From Octopus vulgaris (Eukaryota), in assembly GCA_951406725.2 (NCBI GenBank), contig OX597814.1, forward strand, positions 170,376,001 through 170,440,000: DNA of 64,000 nucleotides. The letters run 5' to 3'. The translations under genes and the position numbers were made by a program. This document shows, piece after piece, positions 13,865 to 26,792 of this stretch. The notes under the pieces were generated by a model that saw only the letters and a program-made list of their open reading frames with translations, was not told the origin of the DNA and did no database searches. The number at the start of each line of letters is the position of its first letter. Positions within the stretch are counted from its first letter, which is position 1.

Positions 13865-15312
13865 GGTTGTTGTGTCTAAAAGAAGGGGTACTGTCCATGA
13901 TCTTTGCAGGCCAACACTTTTAGGTTCTGAAGGGAAAGGACTGGGCATGATGGTTGGTTGTGCCAAGAGTAATGAGAGAGGGATAGAAAAATGGGCTGGG
14001 GTTGCCTGTGTAGTGGGGATATAAGATCAGCTAGTTCTGAGGTACAGGGACCATTTTATAAATGATGCAATAGACAGAAAAAGGAAACAGCAAATCTGTG
14101 GGTCAGAAGCTGGGCCCTCAAGCTGGTGGCACATAAAAAGCACCCACTACACTCTAGGAGTAGTCGGCATTAGGAAGGGCATCCAGCTGTAGAAACTTTT
14201 CCAGATTGGATTGGAGTCTGGTGCAGCCTTCTGGCTTGCCGGCTCTCAGTCAAACAACCCAACCCATGCCAGCATGGAAAACACATTAAACGATGATGAT
14301 CCATGATGCTGATGATGAGTACAAGTCAAGAAGACCATCAGATATCAGGGCTTTAGTCCTCATAGATGTGATTACACATGATCGAGATGAGAGTTGATAT
14401 ATTTCTATACATGCTGACTCATCTAACCCAAGCCAGCTTCAAAACAACCGTATGTTAAAACAGTGATTATAGAAGATTATGCATGCTGGCATATATAGCT
14501 ACCAAAGACAACCACCTAAAAAATTGGTAGTTGATAATAGTGTCACTAGCACAGCACCATATCTATAGTAAAGACAACCCTAAATGACCTACTCTACTTA
14601 GCTCTCAGTAAATACCACACAGTGTTGCCAAAGGAAAAATATTCAAAAGGAGCTGAATTTGTCAAGAATATGATCTTAAAAGCAAAAAGTTGGAGCTAAT
14701 AAGTAGCTGTTATCCTTTCACTTTGTTGTCTTAGCTTTTGATATTCACTCACCAAATATTATCCAAATGTGTGTATGTGTTTTTTAAAATTGGCAGTATT
14801 TTTTTTTGTTACTGGTATGTGAAAAAAAATTGAATCTTGTTTTATAGTTTTAGTTATTTTATGTTTCACTTGATGATTTTGTCTAGAGCTTTGAGTAAAC
14901 ATACTACACAATACAAAAGAGAACTTAATTTTATATTATAGCATTTATCTTTTACTTGTTTCAGTCGTTGGATTGCAGCCATGCTGGGGTACCACATTAA
15001 AGGGTTTTAGTTGAACAAATAGACCCCAGTACTTATTTTTTAAACATCATACTTATTGTATCGGTCTCTTTTGTTAGACTGCTAAGTTATGGGGATGTAA
15101 AGAAATGAACACCGTTTGCCAAGTGGTGTTGGGAAGAAACACACACATATGATGAACTACCTCATGGTTTCTGTCTACCAGATTCACTCACAAAGCACTA
15201 GCCCAGTGCTATAGCAGAAGATTGAACCCAAGACTGTGTGATTGCAAAACAAGTTTCTAAACCACATAGCTATAAACATAATATAGAATATGTAACACAT
15301 TTTCTTATTCTA

Positions 15313-15892
15313 TTTATTCAGTCACTTGACTGCAGCCAAGCTGGAGCACCAACTTAACCCTTTCGTAACTGTATTTATTTTGAGATGCTCTGTGTTTCTT
15401 TCAATTACTTTAAATATAACAAAGAATTTAGTAAAATAACTTAGTTATCATTCAGCTAGTGTTAGGAACATAAATTGTGACTAAGGTTTAGTGGAAGATT
15501 TTAATTCCAAACTTATGAAAACAAGACATTTGTACTCAGAGCTAGAGCCGGTTTCAGCCGGGTTGGTAATGAAAGGGTTAAGGGGCTTTAGTCAAACAAT
15601 TGACCCCAGGACTTATTCTTTGTAAGCTTAGTACTTATTCTATTAGTCTCTTTTGCCAAACTGCTAAGTTACAGGGACATAAGCACACCAACATTGATTA
15701 TCAAGTGATGGTGTGGTGACAAACAGACACACACACGCGGTGGGCTTCTTTCAGTTTCCGTCTACCAAATCCACTCACAAAGCCCAAGGCTATAGTAGAA
15801 GGCACTTGCCCAAGGTGCCATGCAGTTGGACTGAATTCAGAACCATGTGGTTTGGAAACAAGCTTCTTACCACACAGTCACACGTGCGCCTA
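15313..15892 (-). mobile_element. SINE family 1 interrupted by MITE A (15354-15581)
   Basis: The SINE sequence GGAGCACCAAC|TTAA...TTAA|GGGGCTTTAGTC resumes on both sides of the MITE. Confidence 0.85.
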
Positions 15893-17342
15893 TGACTAAA
15901 AGAAAAGGAAATGTTGGTAATTTTAAATAATTTTAACTAAATAAATTATAATGTATATAAGATTGCAGTGGTATCTTGACTAAGAAACGCGATTTCATTA
16001 ATTTTAAAGCAGTCTTTAGCTTTATGTACATATAAATGGCTGACAACAAAATGGAGAGAATTCTACTGCAAAATCATTTGCAGTGTAAACCATAACCTTT
16101 TATTTCTTCCAATGATGCAACATTACACACAAGCAGAATTGAAGAATCATGGAATTCCATTAAAAGTAAATTATTGTACCATGCTTAGAACTTCAAGACA
16201 ACCTCTTCTTAACTCACAAGAATTTACCTGGCATCATTCTCATGAATGTATGGATGCTCTTTCTACAAAATGGAAACTGGTTTACTGTGTAATGGTGATT
16301 AAGCATTTATTTTCCTTTCGCTTTGTTGTCTGCCGATATATGTATAGAAAATGAAAGATCACCAATTTCAAATTACAATATAACTCAATACAAAGCACAT
16401 TTTAAAATTTCATGATCTATAGATTATAGTAATGTCTTATCCAGAAATTGAGATCAAAGCAAGAGCACTTAGGTATTCATCAATGAAGAAACTCTTGTAG
16501 ATGTGTACCACTGAACAAGGCATAACTTCTTTGAAAATGTAAATTATGATTATGTTAATGAATTTTTAAAAAAAAATTTTATAAATAGAAATAAGGTAAA
16601 TCCAGTACTATTTTAACAATTCAATAACTTGCTCAGAAACTTGATCATGATAGTTGCACAACATAATTATGTTAGAGGAGAGAAATAGAGCACATCTATA
16701 ATAATACACCGGAATGCTTTCAGTCGCTATTGTAATAGGCTAAATATAAACTTGGAAATTTTTTTTTATTCATCATGCCTTTCACTTTCATACTCGTAGT
16801 GAATAATAATAAGGTCAGGAGAATATCATAAAATTTTTTTTATGTTGTGCAACAGTCATGATTAAGCTATTGAATAGTTAAAAAGAGGTGGACTTCTTTT
16901 CATTCTGAATAAAATAAAATTTTATTTTTCTCTTTAAAATCTCCTCTGTTTAACGTGGAGATTATTGTTATAATCCCTACACTGGCAAAACTAATGATGA
17001 GCATTATCAAATAAACTGAATTAGCACACCCCTCACCGTCCTTTTTTAAAATTCTGACTCTGAGTCAGCCTTGATCACACAAACATATGATCATCATTTA
17101 CCCATAGTTGCATTATCCAGAGCCCTTTTTTTTTTCAAGATAGTAGGATTTGAGGGAGATTTGACTGCTCTTTCAAGTTAATCAAGCAGCCATGTAGAGT
17201 AGTAATTCTCAACCACATTTTTACCCATTTTTGAAATTTTCTTTCAACCATCACAGTATGTATGAAACAAAGGTCTAACAGAAAGTCTGCAAACAAGCAT
17301 GGACATTTAGGACAAACTTATGGAAATACTTTCAACAAGCAC

Positions 17343-17725
17343 AGGCACAGGAGTGGCTGTGTGGTAAGAAGCTTGCTTCCCAACCACATGGTTCTGGGTT
17401 CAGTTCCACTACATGGCACCTTGGGCAAGTGCCTTCTACTATAGCCTCGGGCTGGCCAAAGCCTTGTGAGTAGATTTGGTAGATGGAAACTGAAAGAAGC
17501 CCATCGCATATATATATGTGTGTTTGCGTTTGTCCCCCAGCATTGCTTGACAACTGATGTTGGTGTGTTTTATGTCTCTGTAACTTAGCAGTTCAGCAAA
17601 AGAGATCAATAGAGTAAGTCGTAGGCTTACAAAGAATAAGTCTTGGGGCCGATTTGTTCGACTAAAGGCGGTGCTCCAGCATGGCTGCAGTCAAATGACT
17701 AAAACAGGTAAAAGAATAAAAGAAT
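17343..17725 (+). mobile_element. Full-length SINE family 1
   Basis: AGGCACAGGAGTGGCTGTGTGGTAAG head through AAAGAATAAAAGAATAA tail. Confidence 0.85.
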
Positions 17726-18845
17726 AAGCAAAGGGTTAAGACAGGCATGAGGAAACAAAAAAAAAACAGCATCTAGGTACCAACTGAGCCCTGCTTATAC
17801 AAAAACTGAACAGGTTCAAACCTTGTTACAAATGTGCTCATGTGTCTTACATAAATGGAGGGGGTGAGAACCTGATTATTACAAGTAAAGCTAAATTAGG
17901 AGATAGGTGCCAGATTTTAAGAAGACAGTGAAGCTATATCTATTCAAAAAAGGTCTAAATTTAGCTTAAGAAAAAAAAAAGCTAAACTGTCAACGTTGTA
18001 ATCATAAAGTGATATATAGAAACTTGCTTGCTAACCAAGTGATTTCAGGTTCAAATCCACTGTGTCACACCTTTTGCAAGTGTCTTCCACCATAACCCTG
18101 TGTTGACCAAACCTTTATGAGTGGATTTAGTTGGCAGAAGTTGAAAGAAGCCTGAGTATGTGTGTGTGCACACTCCCATGCATCTACATGTGTAAGTTTG
18201 TGTTTACACTTGTGCTTCTCTGAGAAACCACAAGCTACAAGCAGTTATTTTGTTATTTCTCTTGTGGATGAATTGTCTTCTGGCTTTGCACTTTCAGAAG
18301 ACATATGAAATAAGAGCTCTCCTGATTGAAAAACAGTTGACCCTTTAGCATTCAGATTACTTTATCAAGTGTAATGCTCATTTATCCACATTGTTTTGAA
18401 TTAATCATGCATTATCTTGTAGCTTTGAGATTTCAGTGATATGATTGTTTACTTTTAGAATGGCATTGTAGGATAGGTGTGAGAGGCTGAATGTAAAACA
18501 AGTAGAATACTTTGGGCCAGATATGACCTGTTGAAATGCTAAAAGGTTAAGGGCTAGTTATATGGTACGCGTCCAGCTGTTAAACAATGCCATGATAATA
18601 GATATTCACTACCCTAAGCTAGCATGGAAAAACAAGTGTAAAAATAAATGAACAAACAGAATGCCACCTTCCTGCTTACTGATTCTCTTGATATGCAGGT
18701 GTGGCTGTGTGGTAAGAAACTTGCTTCCCAACAACATGGTTCCAGGTTCAGTCCCACTGCATGGCACCTTGAGCAAGTGTCTTCTACTTGAGCTGACCAA
18801 AGCCTTGTGAGTGGATTTTGGTAGATGGAAACTGAAAGAAGCCCC

Positions 18846-19240
18846 TTATTTACATTTGATGGATATTTGTCCTCATCTTGTTTGTTGTTAACACGTTTCG
18901 GTTGATATACCCTCCAGCCTTCATCAGGTGTCTTGGGGAAGTTTCAAACCTGGGCTCTTATTCCTAAGGTATTTTTCGATGTTGTTGTTGTTGTTGTTAT
19001 TATTATGCAGGTCACTGCATGGAATCAAACTCAGTGACCCGAATAATAATAATAATAATAATAACAACAACAACATCGAAAGATATCTTAGGAATGAGAA
19101 CCCAGGTTCAAAATTTCCCCAAGATACCTGATGAAGGCTGGAGAGAATATCAGCTAAAACGTGTTAACAACAAGATGAGGACAAATGTCCGTCAAATGTA
19201 AATAATGTGCATAATTCCTCATCTCTTAAATATAGAACTG
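18846..19240. mobile_element. Fold-back retroelement with hammerhead-like motifs, inserted in a family 1 SINE
   Basis: Inverted arms 18846-19017 and 19032-19205 with a 14-nt loop. Flanking direct repeat AACTGAAAGAAGCCC (18830-18844, 19236-19250). CTGATGA-stem-GAAAC motif in both arms (degenerate TAAAAC on the right). Confidence 0.8.
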
Positions 19241-22131
19241 AAAGAAGCCCATCGTGTGTGTTTGAATCTCTGTAACTTAACAGTTTGGCAAAAGAGGCTG
19301 ACAGAATAAGTACTAGGCTTACAAAGAATAAGTCCTGAGCTTGATTTCTTCGACTAAAACCCCTTAAGGCAGTGCTCCAGCATGACCACAATCAAATTAC
19401 TGTAACAACTAAAAGAATAAGAAGAATGTTATTTTTATATTGGTCACTTAAATATCGTTCATAATGTAGTTTTCTTCATTTTTTTTTTTTAAATTTCTTT
19501 TATGTGTTTGTTAATTTGTTATTCTTCATCTAATATTAACATGGTCAGTGGTTTAGACATCACAGTTTTTTTTTTATTACCATCTGTGTATCATTATGCA
19601 TAATATTTTTCATCTGAAACAACTGTTAAATCTAGTAACATTTTAATGGTCAACAAGTTACACGTACACACATTTAAAGATATTTTACTATTGTAATAAC
19701 GGTTTGCCTCTAAATTACGTGTTTTTTATTTTTGTTTTTTTTTTTTTTTTCCATTTTCCTCTTAAAACTAGTTAATGGAGATCAATCTTCTGTTTGTTAA
19801 TTTTATCCTTTCTCACATCTTTTGAAAATAAACTTTGGTTATTTCCTTGTGGTTTTTCTTTCCTTTTCATATCTAGTGATGCCATTTGATTGATTTTAAA
19901 ATAGTCAATTTATAGATTTGCTTTTAAGTACATATTTTAAAGTTGCGATAGTATCTTTTTATTTATTTATTTTTTTTATTTATTTATTTTTTCCAAATTT
20001 TCTTTTATTGGATTTTTAATTCAGAAAATGTTTTGGTGTTTAAAATGAGGGTACTGTTGCTAACCAATACTCAACTTGAATACTATCATTTTCTTTCACA
20101 TCATTGATCTGACCATCTTGCTGTTAATGACTTAACTAAAAAAAAAATTTTTTAAAAACATTTTGTTTACTTGAAATTTTGTTCAGGAAATAAAAGCCAG
20201 AATTCTTCATCAGTTTATTCTTGACCTAGCTATGGGTTATAGATATCTAGCTTTTCTGGGTAAGTTATATGAAAGATTATCATGCTGTTCAGATGGTCAA
20301 GATTTGTCTGTCTTCCACTTGGTACTGTCTTGTGGGTGAAGAAAGAGTTAATTACTAGAATGCTATTGTCTCCAAAATGTAAGTTGCTGTTCCTCTATTT
20401 AGGTTTTAGGATTGATTCAGTTAATTTTATACCCTTGTACTTTATACTTGCTTGAACAAATTGACCCTAGTACTTATATTTTTTTTTAAAAGTCTGATAG
20501 ACAGATATTTTTATCAATCTCTTGCTGAACCACTAAGTTAGCAGGACATAAACTAACCATCACCAGATGTCAAGCAGTGGTGGGAACAAGCACAGCTGCA
20601 ACGACACACGCAACATAAAGAGTTTCTGTACTGTTTCCATCTACTGAATCACTAACAAGACATTGGCTGATCTGGAGCTATAGTAGAAGACTCAAGATGC
20701 CACGCAATGATGCTGAAACCACATGGCTGTGCCATCGAGATGATTTTTCTAAAGATGTCTTTATTGCAGCTAATTGAGTAAAACTATGAAAACTATTCCA
20801 ACCATGATCATCTGACTTAAAATCAGATGTAGTATAATCCAGAACAGTATTATCCAGTATATCTTTCCAGGGAGATTTGGTTATTGTCATTATTTCTAGC
20901 AGTTCGAGTGACTATTTAGAACTTCTCTTATTGCTTGTGTTGTTATCTTCCTGAGGAGTCAGTATAGTGAATGTCAACAAGACTGAACTATGAACAAAAT
21001 CTGGGAAGCATTGCTTGTAAAGTATCCAGATAGAATATCTTCTCCATTTTTAACAATTCTACCTCCAATATTTTTGGTATAAATTCATAATTTACTTTAA
21101 TCCCTTAGCTTTTAAACTGGCCGTATCTGGCCCAGATATGTCTCCTGTTTTAAGTTCAAACTGGCCAGGTCTAACTTCTCACACCTACCCTACAATGTCA
21201 TCCTAAAACTAGACAATAACATCATTGAAATCTCAAAGCTGTGAGACAACACATGATTAATTCAAAATTATGAATGAATAAGCTTTTCATTTGGCAGAGT
21301 AATTTTGCACACTAAAGGATTAACGATATTCTTTACTGACAGTTTTCTCAAGTACATCATGTTGGAATAAATATTGAGCTACAAACTGTACATGGTAATT
21401 TCTAATTCTTACATGTCAGTTCATTTTTGTTTAGAAAGCCAAAGGAACTACTTGCTCAGAGATGGGAATTATTCCAAAGAATTTTTCTGGCATTTAAAAT
21501 TTTGCTCTTCTATGTCATGTATGCATGTGTGTGTGAGTGGTTTTTTTTAATTTTATTTCCTGCTGCAGACAACTGAATGAAAGAGAGAGGGAAAGAGAGA
21601 GAGAAAGATGAGAAGTGATATAAAGGAAGCATTAACGTTCTTTCCACTCTGGAGAGATGATTAAAAAAAAACTTTTTTTTTTCTCTTCACTTCCTGTCTC
21701 CTTAGTATGCAATGTTAGCACCTAATTAATTCTCTTCTAAAACTACTAGATGGCAAAGGATAATAAATAGATAATACCAGGCTTTCACAATTTTATTACC
21801 TGTCGCTGGTTGTTTTTTACATCATCATCATCATCATCATTATTATTATTATTATTATCATCATCATTATCATTAACATCAGAAACTTCATAATTACCAT
21901 CATTTATTTTAATTATTTTTGCCAGAAATATCTTCTATTGTAATTGTTAGCTATAATCTTTAACGATTGTGTTTCTGTCAATTTTGTTTTATAAGATAAC
22001 ATATTTTTACTGGTGAAATAAAACTATTTTTAAAAGCCAAAAAAACAAAGGGTATTTATTTATTCTTCCCAACTAAATAAAGAAGAATAATTATTTGACT
22101 TTTCCTTCATTTATTTATTATTTATTTTCAG

Positions 22132-22149
22132 TGATTGGTGATATCAAAA
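22132..22149 (+). other. Candidate 18-nt microexon (5'UTR)
   Basis: Long U-rich tract ending TTTTCAG, then TGATTGGTGATATCAAAA, then consensus donor GTGAGT. Splice signals are the only evidence. Confidence 0.3.
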
Positions 22150-23798
22150 GTGAGTGATTACAAGAAAAGGTGTGAGGAAATGTGATATTTTGACTGACTA
22201 GGCACTAGTAATGTGAAATTGTATTGGGTAGGAACTAGAAAAAGGTTGTTTCACCTATGTGAACCTTCAATAATGCATCATATAAGTATCATTAATTCAA
22301 CCCCTTCATTAGCAGCATCACTCATAGGACCAACCACCTCTACTCAGATACCTGACCTGGTAGGAATAGCAGTTAAATTTCCTTCAAAAATACACCCTAC
22401 AGTCTTAAGGAAAGGAAGGCCACACTGGATTTTCAAAAGGAGCTAGCTGGTTATAGATAAAATGTCTTTGATTATAGATCTGTCTGCTTGATCAGGGATA
22501 GCCTGAGACTAATTAACAACATTATTACATAATTTATATCTACTATAACCTTATTTATTTATTTAGTATTTTTTGTTTTTCAGCCAATTGGTTTCAGGTT
22601 CAGTCACATTGCATGGCACCTTGGGCAAGTGTCTTCTATTATAACCTTGGGTCGACTAAAGGTTTATCAATGAATTTGGTAGGTGAATATTGAGAGAAGT
22701 TTGATGTGTGTGTGTGTGAGTTTGTATCTCCTTGTCTTGATGTGTGATTGTTGCAAGCAAGTCTCACCATCATACAAATACTGTCCTTTATTTGTGATCT
22801 TCAATAAGAACATGTCCAGCCATGGCAGAAATATTAGCTTTCTTGGTGACAAGAAGGGTGTCCAATTCTAGAAAATCTGCCTCAACAATTCCATCCAACC
22901 CATGTGAGCATGGAAATGTGGATGCTAAAACAACAACGACGATGGTGGTGGTGATGATAATGATGATGACGAAGATAATCAAGAGGAAGATAATGACTTT
23001 CCTTTCTTATTCTTGATAAAAGTGCTTTAGCTTGTTGGTTATTTTATCATTAACCACTCTTGTTGTCAACAGCTGTGTCTAAAGTATTAATCATTGAGGT
23101 TAATTATTCAGAGATGTCATCTACATGAAAATTAGTAAGTTAATACTACATATTTAATGCAGGGAGCATTAGAACTCTAATTACAAATAATTGTGTAAGA
23201 ATGACAAAAGACAAAAACATTAGCGCTGCAACTAATATCATTTTAATCATTTCGGTAAATAAATGTTTAGAAGTGTCTTCCTTCCTTCCTTGCTGAAATG
23301 ATTAATATAGGCGCAGACATGGCTGCGTGGTTGTTAAGAAGCACTCTTTGCAACCACGATTTTGGATTCAGTTTGTATGTGAATTTGGTAAATGGAAACT
23401 GTGTGGAACCTCATCATATGTGTGTGTGTGTGTGTGTTTGTGTCAAGTTTCATGCATACAGTGTGTAAATATAAGAGGTGTGGGTTCGAGTCCCATGCAT
23501 ACAAGAAACCCACTTTTTTTCCTTTGAGGACTGTTTGCCCCAATATTAGACTATTTTCTTTAGTCAATACACATTGATCACTTATAAGCTTTAAGCTTAT
23601 AAATATTATTATTATTATTTACAGAAATGTCACTTGTCACTGCTTCTCAATTTATTGCAGAAAACATACATACATACATATTTAATCATATCAAAGGGAA
23701 ATGGAATTTAATTAAAATTAAAAACATTTAATTAAAATTTACATTTCCAGTGGTCTAACGTGTAAAAAGATTTAGCCAAAAAGGCTATATATTAGTCA

Positions 23799-24264
23799 TA
23801 CGATGTAGTGTATATTTAAACACATAAGGAATCCACTTATAGGAATTCTACATGCTAGAAAGAACAGCTAAGTTCTATAACCACAAAAATTGGGGATAAA
23901 ATTCGGAAGGAATAAATTTGGAAATGAAAAACATTTACCATCTAGTTTCCTGGACCAATCCAAGGAAAAGTTAGTTTGTATAAACACGAGACAAGTAGTC
24001 TTGTTTGTCTCATGTGGATATGTTTAACACTAGGTTGGACCTGCTGAAGAAAATCAGACCTTGTGAGTTCTCCTTGACTCACTAAAAGAAGATTAGAAAC
24101 CAACTGGTCCAGGAAACTAGATGGTAGATGTTTTTCATTTCCAAATTTATTCCTGTCAAATTTTATCCCCAATTTTTGTGGTTTACACAACCTAGCTGTT
24201 CTTTCTAGCGTGTAGAATCCCTATAAGTGGATTCCTTATGTGTTTAAATATACACTATATTGTA
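23799..24264. repeat. Long inverted repeat (about 160-bp arms, about 147-nt spacer) at the end of an AT-rich interspersed element
   Basis: 23799-23957 is the reverse complement of 24105-24264 with about a dozen differences. The upstream body (about 23685-23813) recurs at about 27907-28038. Confidence 0.9.
24034..24117 (+). ncRNA. Type I hammerhead ribozyme motif
   Basis: Stem I CCTG(24040-43)/CAGG(24110-13). Core CTGAAGA at 24044-50. Stem II AATC..GTGAGT/ACTCAC..GATT. GAAA at 24096-99. Stem III ACC-AACT-GGT. GUC cleavage triplet at 24107-24109. The stem II closing pair is a non-canonical A.A. Confidence 0.7.
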
Positions 24265-24283
24265 CATACATACATACATGCGA

Positions 24284-24395
24284 ATGGCTTAGCGGTTAGG
24301 GTGTTATACTCACAATTGCAAGATCGTGGGTTTAATTCTCAGACCGGGCATTGTATTGTGTTCTTGAGCAAAGCACTTCATTTCACGTTGCTCTA
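24284..24395 (+). mobile_element. tRNA-derived SINE head, family 4 (CORE/Meta-like)
   Basis: TGGCTTAGCGGTTAGG...GGGTTTAATTCTCAG...TTGTGTTCTTGAGCAAAGCACTTCATTTCAC. Related copies at about 29395, 33880 and 48770 (- strand). Confidence 0.65.
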
Positions 24396-24553
24396 CAGTC
24401 ATTTCATCAGCAGACATGTGGCACATGGGTGCACCTGTACAGGTAATGTCGCTCATGTGAACATTATAAACAAATCATCTGTGTGGTTGTTCAGTAAGAA
24501 ATTGCTGAACGCTCATATGTCATCTAACGATGGGAGAGTCCACGACATGATTA

Positions 24554-24920
24554 TCTATTATATAAAATCTGTTGTCTGTCTGTGTGTGTGTGTGGCTTCT
24601 AGGATCTTAGGCATCCTCCATCCGATTGCACTCAAATTTGATATGTAGATACCAATGGTATCAGGGTGTGTATAAGTCTTGAAAAAATTACAAAAATCAA
24701 TTCCAGGTGAGAATGCAATCGATAAAGCTGTGGGAAATCGTTTTCCTTTGGAATAGAAAAAAAAAGTCTATCTTTATTTCTTCTTTTGCTGGTGTCTCAA
24801 ATTTAGGTTAAATCAGTGTTTCTCAAGGGGGAGACCTATGGGATGGTCAGACAAGTTGTTTTGAGAAAATTTGGTTTAAACTCAGCACTGTCCATTGGAG
24901 GTGGGGCGTTTTGCTCGTGT
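24554..24920 (+). mobile_element. Helitron-like element, 5' part
   Basis: Starts A|TCTATTATATAAAATCTGTTGTCTGTCTGTGTG, the same 5' architecture as 841-1959. The 3' end was not identified. Confidence 0.5.
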
Positions 24921-25497
24921 ATATATATATAACTACTGGTATTGGGATGTAAACATCCCAACTTCGTGATCAGGCAAAAGGAAATGTTAGAATAACTACC
25001 AGACTAGAAAATAAGTACAGGAGTTAGTTCAACTAAAACCCTTCAAGGCAGTGCTCCAGCATGGCCGCAGTCCAGTGACTGGAACAAGTATAAAAGATAA
25101 AGATAATAATTGTCATTGTGCTAATGTCTTTTCCTCACCACATAGTAATTCTTTTTATTTTATTTTTTTTCTATACTCACTTCATCAAATATGTTAACGC
25201 TAACTTAACTATGTTTCTGTCTGTTTCACTTCCTGCAAGTACAATTTGCCACACAGTTTTGCTATTTTCTTTTCGTAGCTGGCAGCATGATTGTAACTTA
25301 GTAAGTTCTGAGCAAAGCAAGATCTTAATCTGGTTTCGTTGTCTGATGGATCTATTTCAATTACATCACTTATTTGTAGCTTGAATGGTTATCTTTCCTG
25401 GGTGTAAGGGGCAGGAAGCTTTTCAGTATGTATTAACAAGCGAGTGCTAAGTCAAGAAGTTCACACTCCAACCACCAACATTGTCTGTCAGCCTCCC

Positions 25498-25528
<31 letters not shown>

Positions 25529-26514
25529 AGAGCCATGGTGTTTTTGGTACTAGGCAAAGCTATTTTAAAAAAAATTACACATATATACATGTGTGTGTGT
25601 GTGTGTGTGTTTGTAGTATGATGATGATACATATTTAAACGTACATTTTATCTCATCTTCATCCAACCATTTTAACTTCCTTTTCTGATTTCTAATCCCT
25701 ACAATTTAGAAAAACAATTGAATGTATATACCATCAGGTAAATCTATTTACTCACTAAATAGATGGTTTCAATAAGTTTTTTTCCTTCTTCTAATTTTGA
25801 TAATGATGGAGAACAAAGATTACATATATATATATATATATATATATAAGTATATATCATCATCATCATCGTTTAATGTCCGCTTTCCTTGCTGGCATGG
25901 GTTGGACGGTTTGACTGAAGTCTGACAACCCAGGAAGCTGCACCTGGCTCCAATCTGATCTGGCAGGGTTTCTACAGCTGGATGCCCTTCCTAACATCAA
26001 CCACTCCGAGAGTGTAGTGGGTGCTTTTTATGTGCCACTGGCATCGATCACGCTCGAATACTGATTTTTATGTGCTAGTTGCACAGGAGCCAGTCTGGTG
26101 GGAGTGGCATTGACCATACTCAAACGGTGCTTTTTACATGCCACTGGTATCGGCCATGATTTCACTTGACTCAACAGGTCTTCTCAAGCACAGCATATTG
26201 CCCAATGATTAAAGGGTACTCTTAAAGGCAGTACCTCAGCATCACTGCATTCTGATGACTGAAACATGCTAAAGAAAGATATATATATGTATGTATACAG
26301 ACATAGTAACAATATACTAAAAAAAGTGAGTGCTCAACATTGCATGTGTAGGTAAATATTTTTTTTTAATAGTAGAGTGTTGTCAATGTGATACACTAAT
26401 GGCTTGATGCAGATATATTCACAATTGTTCAGTTGTAGTTACAGTTATAGACAAGACACTCTCACCTAAAAGTCACTATTTAAATATGGTTATCTATCTA
26501 TATATATATATATG

Positions 26515-26792
26515 GCCCCCGTGTTGGTGGCACGTAAAAGCACCATCCGTTCATGTCCATTGCCAGCCTCGCCTGGCCCCCGTGCCGGTGACACGTAAAA
26601 GCACCATCCGTTCGTGGCCGTTTGCCAGCACCCACTACACTCACGGAGTGGTTGGCGTTAGGAAGGGCATCCAGCCGTAGAAACACTGCCAGATCTGACT
26701 GGGCCTGATGAAGCCTTCCAGCTTCACAGACCCCAGTTGAACCGTCCAACCCATGCTAGCATGGAAAACAGACGCTAAATGATGATGATGAT
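26515..26792 (+). mobile_element. Young family 3 retroposon copy
   Basis: Near-identical to 8004-8284 except for one deleted internal repeat unit; (GAT)n tail. Confidence 0.8.

Noticed and set aside
17343-17420. tRNA genes suggested by A- and B-box motifs
   Set aside because: All such motifs are heads of multi-copy SINEs. No cloverleaf with a matching acceptor stem was found.
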